DNA of 64,000 nt, from assembly GCA_934157235.1 (NCBI GenBank), contig CAKPHH010000001.1, forward strand, positions 131,330 through 195,329. Direction: 5' to 3'. The notes beneath the pieces were generated by a model. The model was not told the origin of the DNA. It ran no database searches and worked only from the letters and a program-made list of their open reading frames with translations. This DNA comes from an uncultured Bacilli bacterium (GTDB lineage Bacteria > Bacillota_I > Bacilli_A > RF39 > UBA660). Below are positions 56,918-64,000 of this stretch, piece after piece. Position 1 is the stretch's first letter. Each line of letters begins with the position of its first letter. A program made the translations under genes and the position numbers.

Positions 56918-57002
56918 GCGGGTATGGCGGAATTGGCAGACGCGCTAGACTTAGGATCTAGTGCCGCAAGGCTTGCAGGTTCAACTCCTGTTACCCGCAC
57001 CA
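56918..57002 (+). tRNA. tRNA-Leu (anticodon TAG), long variable arm, encoded CCA
   Basis: Acceptor stem GCGGGTA/TACCCGC. Anticodon stem CTAGA/TCTAG with loop cuUAGga. Extra arm GTGCCGCAAGGCTTGC. GGTTCAACTCC T-loop. Confidence 0.9.
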
Positions 57003-57039
57003 TTATTGTATAATAGGTTCACTCGAACTTTTTATAGAT

Positions 57040-57068
57040 AATCAGTCCAGACGGCTGATTTTTTTGTT
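57040..57068 (+). terminator. Probable terminator after the tRNA pair
   Basis: ATCAG...CTGAT hairpin (AATCAGTCCAGACGGCTGATT) followed by TTTTTTGTTT. Confidence 0.45.
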
Positions 57069-57151
57069 TATTATTCAAAGCAATTCGCCATAATTGTTAT
57101 AGTAAAATAATAGATCATATGATAGAATATAAAGCAAAAAAGGAGAATTAT

Positions 57152-58378
57152 ATGAGCGTTTTAGAAAGATTTTTAAAATATATATCAATAGACACAACAT
57201 CATTTGAAGATGCGGAGGAACATGTTACTAAAGGACAATTTATCCTAGCAAAATTATTAGAAAAAGAGTTACAAGACTTAAAGCTAGACTTTGTTCATTA
57301 TGATAAAAAACATTGTTACGTATATGGAATTCTAAAAGGAGATTCTTCTCTTCCTAAAATAGGATTTGTATCCCACTTAGATACTTCTAGTGCCGTTCCT
57401 GGCAATGATATTAAGCCAAACATAATAAAAAACTATGATGGAAAGTCTAGAAAATTAAATGAAAATATCCTACTATCTAGTGAAGATTTTCCAGACTTAA
57501 AAAATCATCAAGGTAAAACTCTAGTCACAACAGATGGAACGACCTTACTAGGAGCAGATGACAAAGCTGGAATTGCCGAAATTATGACTATGTTAGAGTA
57601 TTTTTCTACCCATGATAAAAAGCATGGTGATATTTATATTTGTTTTACACCAAATGAAGAAATTGGTATTGGCGTTGAACATTTAAACTATGAGCTTTTT
57701 AATCCAGATTTTGCTTATACAGTAGATGGTAGTGACTTGGGTGAATTTTCTTATGAAAACTTTAATGCCGCTTCAGCAGTGATAAACATAAAAGGAGTTT
57801 CTACTCATACCGGTTACGCGAAAGACAAAATGGTTAATGCCCTTGTTCTTGCTAACTTAATTAATGCTGGTCTACCAGCCGAAAGACCAGAAAATACTGA
57901 AGGAAAAGAAGGCTTCTTTCATCTTGAAAAGCTAAATGGAACAGTTACCGAAGCCACCATGAAATATATTATCAGAGACTTCGATAAAGATAACTTTCAG
58001 CACAGAAAAGAAATATTACAAAAAATAGTCGAAAGACTAAATGAAGAATATAACAATCCAATTACTTTAACCATACAAGACACTTATCGTAATATGTTTG
58101 AAGTAATTGAAAAAGAAAGTTCCTTAATAACTAGAACCTTAGATTCTATTAAAAGTCTAGATATAGAGCCAAATGTACTTCCCATAAGAGGTGGAACAGA
58201 TGGAACTGATATAAGTTATGCTGGCATTCCTTGTCCTAATCTAGGTGCAGGTGGCCATAATTTCCATAGTGTCTATGAATATGTTGCGGTAGAGGACATG
58301 GAAAAAACTAGCGAAATACTAGTAGCGTTAGTTCAAAATTTTGCCAAAGAAGATACCAATAAAACTCTAAAAAAATAA
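57152..58378 (+). CDS. pepT: Peptidase T (tripeptide aminopeptidase, M20B)
   Basis: Start MSVLERFLKYISIDT, 7 nt after AGGAGA. M20 metal ligands (HLDT, GADDKAG, NEEIG, GGHNFHS). 408 aa. Confidence 0.88.
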   Translation: MSVLERFLKYISIDTTSFEDAEEHVTKGQFILAKLLEKELQDLKLDFVHYDKKHCYVYGILKGDSSLPKIGFVSHLDTSSAVPGNDIKPNIIKNYDGKSRKLNENILLSSEDFPDLKNHQGKTLVTTDGTTLLGADDKAGIAEIMTMLEYFSTHDKKHGDIYICFTPNEEIGIGVEHLNYELFNPDFAYTVDGSDLGEFSYENFNAASAVINIKGVSTHTGYAKDKMVNALVLANLINAGLPAERPENTEGKEGFFHLEKLNGTVTEATMKYIIRDFDKDNFQHRKEILQKIVERLNEEYNNPITLTIQDTYRNMFEVIEKESSLITRTLDSIKSLDIEPNVLPIRGGTDGTDISYAGIPCPNLGAGGHNFHSVYEYVAVEDMEKTSEILVALVQNFAKEDTNKTLKK

Positions 58379-58394
58379 AACAGTAGGTGACTTT

Positions 58395-59402
58395 ATGCAT
58401 GAATATTTACAAGTTTTTATTGATGAAGAATACCCAGAATTTATCGATAAATATCTAAATACTAAAACCCTTAATCGACTACGTTCAGTTACTCAATTTT
58501 GTGGTAGTGACTATACAAATCTTTATAGTCCTAGATTTTTATATACTCGTTTTGATCATAGTCTAGTCGTTGCTCATATGACTTGGCATTTTACTCACGA
58601 TAAAAAAGAAACCATTGCGGCACTTTTACATGATATTGGAACTCCTTGCTTTGCCCATTGTATAGACTATGTCTTTGGCGACTATATGCAACAAGAAAGT
58701 TCTGAAAGAAGTATAGCAACAGTCGTTCAAGAAGATCAAGAATTACAATCCTATTTAAAAATGGATGGTATCGCTAGCACTGATTTAGAAGAGACCAAAC
58801 AATATCCTATTCTTGAAAATAAGTCTCCAAAGCTCTGCACAGATCGTCTTGATGGTGTTCTTCATACTTGCTATATTTGGTTACATACTCATCCTTTAAA
58901 CGAAATAAGTGAAGTATATTCTGATTTAATAGTATTAGAAAATGAAGACAGTCAAAAAGAAATAGGTTTTAAAACGAAAGACAAGGCTGAAAAATTTACT
59001 TCTATGGTTGAAATTTATGCAAAAGAACTCCAAGGAAACACCGACAAATTTGTAATGCAATATATTTCAGAAGCGGTTAAAAGATTACTTTCCCTAGGAC
59101 TTATTGAAAAAGAAGACCTCTATACTAAAAAAGAATCCCAAATAGTTGACCTTTTAGCTTTAAACATTCCCTCTTGGGAATCGTTTACTAACGCAACTAA
59201 TATCGAAAGAACAACAACTGCTCCTGACAACTTCTATATTTCTTTCGATACCAAGAAGAGAAATACCATCCCATTAGTAAAAACAGACCAAGAACCAAAA
59301 AGAATAGATACTATCATTCCTACAGTCCAAGACACCTACCTAAAAATAGCAACCTATAAAGACACTAAATATGCCTACGTTAAGTCCATAAAAACTATTT
59401 AA
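58395..59402 (+). CDS. HD-domain phosphohydrolase-family protein
   Basis: H...HD motif (FDHSLVVAHMT...LLHDIGTPCFAH) and a downstream D (CTDRLDG). Confidence 0.7.
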   Translation: MHEYLQVFIDEEYPEFIDKYLNTKTLNRLRSVTQFCGSDYTNLYSPRFLYTRFDHSLVVAHMTWHFTHDKKETIAALLHDIGTPCFAHCIDYVFGDYMQQESSERSIATVVQEDQELQSYLKMDGIASTDLEETKQYPILENKSPKLCTDRLDGVLHTCYIWLHTHPLNEISEVYSDLIVLENEDSQKEIGFKTKDKAEKFTSMVEIYAKELQGNTDKFVMQYISEAVKRLLSLGLIEKEDLYTKKESQIVDLLALNIPSWESFTNATNIERTTTAPDNFYISFDTKKRNTIPLVKTDQEPKRIDTIIPTVQDTYLKIATYKDTKYAYVKSIKTI

Positions 59403-59411
59403 TAAATGTAA

Positions 59412-59447
59412 AAATAGAAGAAACTAAACTTCTATTTTTTCTTTTTC
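59412..59447 (+). terminator. Rho-independent terminator
   Basis: AAATAGAAG-aaactaaa-CTTCTATTT hairpin followed by TTTTCTTTTTC. Confidence 0.6.
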
Positions 59448-59487
59448 AAAATATCGTGTTATAATATATAAAGATAGGAGAAAACGT

Positions 59488-60393
59488 ATGAAGAAAAACA
59501 AAAAGAAAAGTATCTTAATTTTAATTATCTTAGTTATTGCTTATCTTTGTAATACTCTTACCTTAGAAGAAAAAACGCCCCCAAAAAAAGAATCACAAGA
59601 GCGTAAAACAGAAGATGTAATCAATTCTAAAGAATTATTAAACGTTTATTTTTTAGATGTTGGTCAAGCTGATTCAATTTTACTTGAAAACGATCATCAT
59701 TATATGTTAATTGATGCTGGTAACAATGAAGATGGTGCCAAACTAGTAACTTATTTTAAGAACCTAGGAATTACTAAATTTGACTATGTAATTGGAACGC
59801 ATGCCCATGAAGATCATATTGGTGGTATGGATGATATAATTAAAAATTTTGAGATTGGCACTTTTTATATGCCCGATGTCATCACTACAACAAAGACTTT
59901 CGAAGATGTCCTAGATGCCTTAGAACAAGAACAAATTGCTTTTGAAACACCCAAAGTAGCTCAGACATTTAATTTTAATAACACCTCTGTCACAACACTA
60001 TCAGTAACAGATAATGAAAAAGATTTGAATAATACCTCAATTGTCTTAAAAGTAAAATATAAAAATACCAGTTTCTTATTTACTGGTGATATGGAATCAA
60101 AAATAGAAAGTCAAATTTTAACCCAAAATATAAAAAGCGATGTCTTAAAAGTAGGACATCATGGATCTAGATATTCAACTTCTAAAGCTTTCTTAGAAAA
60201 AGTTAGCCCAACATATGCTGTTATTTCCGTTGGAAAAAACAATACCTATAATCATCCGAATGAAGAAACTCTAGAACGTCTCCAAGCAAAAAAAATTAAA
60301 GTTTATCGAACAGACCAAAATGGAACAATAATCGCTAGTTCCAATGGTACAATAATAACATTCAGTACCATAAATACCGATACGAATGGATAG
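59488..60393 (+). CDS. Secreted/anchored MBL-fold metallo-hydrolase (ComEC C-terminal-domain-like)
   Basis: N-terminal TM or signal peptide. HxHxDH as THAHEDHIGG, plus downstream His/Asp ligands (VGHHGS). Confidence 0.8.
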   Translation: MKKNKKKSILILIILVIAYLCNTLTLEEKTPPKKESQERKTEDVINSKELLNVYFLDVGQADSILLENDHHYMLIDAGNNEDGAKLVTYFKNLGITKFDYVIGTHAHEDHIGGMDDIIKNFEIGTFYMPDVITTTKTFEDVLDALEQEQIAFETPKVAQTFNFNNTSVTTLSVTDNEKDLNNTSIVLKVKYKNTSFLFTGDMESKIESQILTQNIKSDVLKVGHHGSRYSTSKAFLEKVSPTYAVISVGKNNTYNHPNEETLERLQAKKIKVYRTDQNGTIIASSNGTIITFSTINTDTNG

Positions 60394-60402
60394 GTGATAA
60401 CA

Positions 60403-60633
60403 ATGAAATATGCAATTGATAAAATAGAAGATGACATCATTGTTTTAGAAAACTTAGACACAAAGGAACTTAAAGAAGTATCATCCTCACAAATATTAGG
60501 AGAACCTCACGAAGGTGCTATTGTTCTTGAACAAGAAGAAAATTACATCATTTCCGAAACAGAAGAAACTAAAAGACGTCAAATGTTAAAGGAAAAATTA
60601 GAAAGACTAAAGAATCTAAAAAAATCCCAATAA
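60403..60633 (+). CDS. DUF3006-like small protein, the usual partner of ComEC-like MBL hydrolases
   Basis: ATG 60403, 7 nt after AGGTGA. MKYAIDKIEDDIIVLENLDTKE matches the DUF3006 N-terminus (the 'E-x-x-x-AVLE' style). Confidence 0.55.
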   Translation: MKYAIDKIEDDIIVLENLDTKELKEVSSSQILGEPHEGAIVLEQEENYIISETEETKRRQMLKEKLERLKNLKKSQ

Positions 60634-60695
60634 AGACTTTATTGAAAAAGAAAATTTAGTATGGTAAAATACGAATATAATAGGAGGAAAATAAT

Positions 60696-61217
60696 ATGAT
60701 GAAAAAGTTGAAAAACCCTATCAATGTTTTATTACTTTTTATAATCGCTATTTTAGCTCAGTTTATAATACTTCCTCCTTTTCTTAGAATTGTTATAGCT
60801 GATGTAAATTTATCAAATAAAAAAGATCCAACTACCAAAATAAATAAAGATATAGAAGTCTTAGTATGTACTAAATTTGATTTACCAACATCAACTCTCA
60901 TAACCAGTAGAACAAGTTATAAATATACTGAACCAAATCAACTAACCATAACTTATGAAAAAATTGAGTCTAATGCCAATCTAACTAGTGAAAAAACTTC
61001 ATCCTCTTCCACCACAAATGAAGAATTAGACTTTTTCTCCTCAATAGATGGTGTTGAAATAACCAAACAAAAAAATAAAACTATTATCTTAATACCAGAC
61101 TATGTAGTAGAATTAAATGAAGCTAACGAGACTCTTCTTGAATATTTTAATAATATAGAAACCCAGCAAAAGTTCTATGAAGAAAAAAGTTACAAATGTG
61201 AAAAGGCTAAGAATTAG
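60696..61217 (+). CDS. Hypothetical protein with an N-terminal TM/signal segment
   Basis: RBS AGGAGGAAAA. Hydrophobic PINVLLLFIIAILAQFIILPPFL. S/T-rich middle. Confidence 0.5.
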   Translation: MMKKLKNPINVLLLFIIAILAQFIILPPFLRIVIADVNLSNKKDPTTKINKDIEVLVCTKFDLPTSTLITSRTSYKYTEPNQLTITYEKIESNANLTSEKTSSSSTTNEELDFFSSIDGVEITKQKNKTIILIPDYVVELNEANETLLEYFNNIETQQKFYEEKSYKCEKAKN

Positions 61218-61611
61218 TCTTTTTTAAGTGTTCTTTTATATCACCAGATGGATGATAAACATTTCTAGGTTTAATCTTTAAAACCTCCTTTATATAATCA
61301 CTATTTTCAATATCTGTAACTAAAAATTTAACTTTATTATAATATAGTTTTTTCTTTGTCTTATCTTGAACTCTTTCTATTGCTTTTTCTAAATCTGAAC
61401 TTTCTCCTTCATAATACTTAAACTCATAATCAATTCCCATATCACTTCTAACTGGTATAACCTCCTTCATGTAAACTATATAAGAATGATTCTTATATTC
61501 AACTCCAACACCTTGAATAATCGCTAAATCATTTAATTCATGATACTCTGGTATTTTTATAATAAAACCAAACATAATGATTAAAACAACAAGTACAATA
61601 ATCTTTTTCAT
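61207..61611 (-). CDS. Short (134 aa) protein resembling only the N-terminal region of Ger(x)C germination lipoproteins
   Basis: Signal peptide-like N-terminus. NDLAIIQGVGVEY resembles the GerAC N-domain motif E(L/I)N(E/D)LAIV.G.G(I/V)D. Start overlaps the upstream GerAA stop. Confidence 0.45.
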   Translation of the reverse strand: MKKIIVLVVLIIMFGFIIKIPEYHELNDLAIIQGVGVEYKNHSYIVYMKEVIPVRSDMGIDYEFKYYEGESSDLEKAIERVQDKTKKKLYYNKVKFLVTDIENSDYIKEVLKIKPRNVYHPSGDIKEHLKKTNS

Positions 61612-63014
61612 TTATATCTTCCCCTCACAATATTCTTAGTCAAGAAAGAATTTCTCTTCTTTACACTTTCTTCCCTTTTTATAAAAGAATCATTTATCTC
61701 ATTCTTATCAAACGGAATAAAAGGTGCTAAGTAAGGTATCCCAAATACTTTCAAAGTAAGTAGTTTATAAATCATATAAACAGTTCCAATTATTACTCCA
61801 TATATTCCAAGCAATGTTCCTAAAAGTAAAAGTATTATTTTATATATTCTTAAAGCATTTACTAATTCAATTGATGAGAAAACAAGTCCAGCAATGGAAG
61901 AAATCGCTACAACTATAATCATAATAGGGGAAACTATTCCGGCACTAACAGCAGCATCTCCTAAAATTAATCCTCCAAGTATGGAAATAGAAGATCCAGA
62001 TGTATTAGACATTCTAATATCAGATTCTTTAAGTATTTCAAAACAAACAATCATAAATAGTGCTTCAATATAAGCCGGAAAAGGAACAAAAGTTCTTCCT
62101 GCTTTAAGCATCAGTAATAAATCAAGTGGCACTATATCATAATTCCTAGTCGTAACCGCAATATAACAAGCTGGTGTAAATATTGCTATTAAAAAGGCCA
62201 AAACACGTATAATTCTAATAAATGTTGTATTAAAGGATTTTTGATAATAATCATCTGTCGTATGAAAAAAATCTATAAAAAAACTAGGTAAAATTAAAGC
62301 GTAAGGACTCATATCAACAAGTACCACAACTTTTCCCTCTAACAATGCCATTGCACTTTTATCTGGTCTTTCACTCATCATAATAGTAGGAAAGAAACTC
62401 TTTTGTCCCTCTAAAGTTATTTTCAAATAACTAGAATCAATTATCCCATCAATATCAATTCTTTGCAGTACCTCATAAATTCTCTTAACTATTTTCTTAT
62501 TTACAATATCATCTACATATAAGATCCCAACTTTAGTCTTACTTATAACTCCAATATCTAAATTCTTAACTTTCAAGTCACAAGTCTTAATTCTTCTTCT
62601 AATTAATCCTAAATTAGTATTATAATTTTCTGAAAAACTATCTTTTGGTCCCGATAAAGATAATTCACTCTGAATATTATTAATACCTCTATCTAATTTA
62701 GCCTTAACTTCAACTGCATATATCTTCTTATCAAATATAATTAAAAATCCATTATTTACAAAATCATATACCTGATTTTTTTTAATTTTATAAATATTAA
62801 CAGTAGGTAAATAATCTTCTAATCTTTTAAAATTACTCTTCTTCAAATTAAGTAAACTCTTAAGTACAAAGTTATCTATACTAGAACTATCTGTAAGAAC
62901 TTCATTGTAAAATAACGTTATTGTCTTACTATCAATACATATATCTTTAATTTTATAATCACTCGAAGTCCCAACTTTTAATTTAATATTTTTAATTATA
63001 CTCATAGAAATCAC
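61608..63014 (-). CDS. GerA-family spore germination protein A subunit (GerAA/GerKA-like)
   Basis: LGLIRRRI, MSERPDKSAMALLEGKVVVLVDMSPYALILP, and 4-5 C-terminal TM helices. 468 aa. Confidence 0.85.
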   Translation of the reverse strand: MISMSIIKNIKLKVGTSSDYKIKDICIDSKTITLFYNEVLTDSSSIDNFVLKSLLNLKKSNFKRLEDYLPTVNIYKIKKNQVYDFVNNGFLIIFDKKIYAVEVKAKLDRGINNIQSELSLSGPKDSFSENYNTNLGLIRRRIKTCDLKVKNLDIGVISKTKVGILYVDDIVNKKIVKRIYEVLQRIDIDGIIDSSYLKITLEGQKSFFPTIMMSERPDKSAMALLEGKVVVLVDMSPYALILPSFFIDFFHTTDDYYQKSFNTTFIRIIRVLAFLIAIFTPACYIAVTTRNYDIVPLDLLLMLKAGRTFVPFPAYIEALFMIVCFEILKESDIRMSNTSGSSISILGGLILGDAAVSAGIVSPIMIIVVAISSIAGLVFSSIELVNALRIYKIILLLLGTLLGIYGVIIGTVYMIYKLLTLKVFGIPYLAPFIPFDKNEINDSFIKREESVKKRNSFLTKNIVRGRYK

Positions 63015-63082
63015 CGTTACTATTATGGATTTTTATTTTAAAAATTATGTATAGTTTGCTATAATATAAATAGAGGTATGTT

Positions 63083-64000
63083 ATGAATGTAAAAATAGAA
63101 AAACTAGATCATTTTGGTCGTGGCATTACAAATATTAATAATAAAATATGTTTTGTCGAAAATGCTCTTCCTAATGAAATTGTCACTATTGAAATTTTTA
63201 AGGAAACAAAAAAGTATTATTTAGCAAAAACAATTGATTTTATTGAAAAGTCTCCATATCGTATCATTGAAAAATGTCCTTTTTATAATGAATGTAATGG
63301 TTGTAATTTAGAACATTTATCTTTTTCTAAAGAAAATGAATTTAAAAGAAGAAAGATTCAAGAATTATTAGTAAAATTTGCTAAAATAAATCCAACTATT
63401 GTCAAGAAAACAAACTTCTCTGATGAATATAATTACCGAAATAAAGTAACTTTGCATGGTAAGAATAATATTTTTGGTTACTACAAAAAAAATTCCCATG
63501 ATTTATTAAAAATAGATAAATGTCTTCTTTTAGATAAGAAAATAAATGAAATTATAAAACTACTCCAAAGAGAAGAAAACGAAATTGTGGAACTATTAAT
63601 TAGAACAAATAATGATTCTAGTAAAATAATGCTTAAGATAACAGGAACAATAAAAGATATTGAACTTTTACAAGAAAAAGTAGATGTTTTAATCATAAAT
63701 GATAAATGTCTAACTAAAGAAAATAAAATAATTACTACTATTTGTACTAAGAAATATTATTTATCTATTGATTCTTTCTTTCAGGTAAATAAAACTTTAA
63801 CTGAAAAGTTATATGATAAGGTAAAAGAACAAGTAGAAAAAGTAAGGCCCAATAAACTCCTTGATTTATATTGTGGAACTGGTAGTATTGGTATTTATGT
63901 AGGAGAATTTGCTAAAGAAATAATTGGCGTAGATTATTCTAATTCTAATATTGAAGATGCCAATGAAAATAAAAAATTAAATAATTTAAAAAACATTACT
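63083..64000 (+). CDS. 23S rRNA (uracil-C5)-methyltransferase RlmD/RumA family, 5' part; continues beyond the window
   Basis: TRAM domain (VENALPNEIVTIEIFKETKKYYLAK). Fe-S Cys cluster CPFYNECNGCNLEH. Methyltransferase motif DLYCGTGSIG at the window end. Confidence 0.85.
   Translation, partial: MNVKIEKLDHFGRGITNINNKICFVENALPNEIVTIEIFKETKKYYLAKTIDFIEKSPYRIIEKCPFYNECNGCNLEHLSFSKENEFKRRKIQELLVKFAKINPTIVKKTNFSDEYNYRNKVTLHGKNNIFGYYKKNSHDLLKIDKCLLLDKKINEIIKLLQREENEIVELLIRTNNDSSKIMLKITGTIKDIELLQEKVDVLIINDKCLTKENKIITTICTKKYYLSIDSFFQVNKTLTEKLYDKVKEQVEKVRPNKLLDLYCGTGSIGIYVGEFAKEIIGVDYSNSNIEDANENKKLNNLKNIT

Noticed and set aside
56828-57002. tRNA pair as an integration site (att) for the upstream island
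   Set aside because: No integrase or excisionase and no direct repeat of the tRNA 3' ends was found by eye in the 44-56 kb region, so there is no evidence of a mobile island.

Overview
This is a 64 kb low-GC (about 28-30% GC) stretch of a Firmicutes-type chromosome. TGA is used as a stop codon, and RNase HIII, GerA-family germination proteins and a ylbD-ylbE-ylbF-rsmD block point to a spore-former (Clostridia or Erysipelotrichia-like). Most genes are on the + strand.

The core housekeeping content is clear. A CIRCE-controlled hrcA-grpE-dnaK operon is followed by an M3 oligoendopeptidase F gene and dnaJ. Also present are thyA-folA, parE-parC (topoisomerase IV), mtaB, recD2, a HelD/UvrD-like helicase, rnhC, cvpA, trxA, ppdK, pepT, and tRNA-Met(CAT) plus tRNA-Leu(TAG).

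Four regions stand out as accessory or unusual:
1. A tandem array of five divergent paralogous small cytoplasmic proteins (4231-7313) of a family I do not recognise. One member has a near-consensus sigma-A promoter and the last is a frameshifted pseudogene.
2. Three paralogous membrane hybrid histidine kinases. Two of them are adjacent and translationally coupled, and carry complementary degenerations: one has an intact H-box but a degenerate ATPase and receiver, the other the reverse.
3. A translationally coupled surface module (44975-49737). It pairs a secreted 1112-aa protein (NlpC/P60-like domain, Listeria-Bacteroides repeats, C-terminal type-I dockerin) with a C-terminally membrane-anchored protein carrying a cohesin-like domain, a PT linker and a cadherin-like domain. 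It is followed by more repeat-containing surface proteins up to 56.1 kb, near the tRNA pair.
4. A prepilin-like, glycine-rich, double-lectin surface protein (24286-26343) downstream of a parC-coupled HExxH protein.

I saw no CRISPR array, IS element or integrase. All homology statements rest on motif recognition by eye; no database search was possible.
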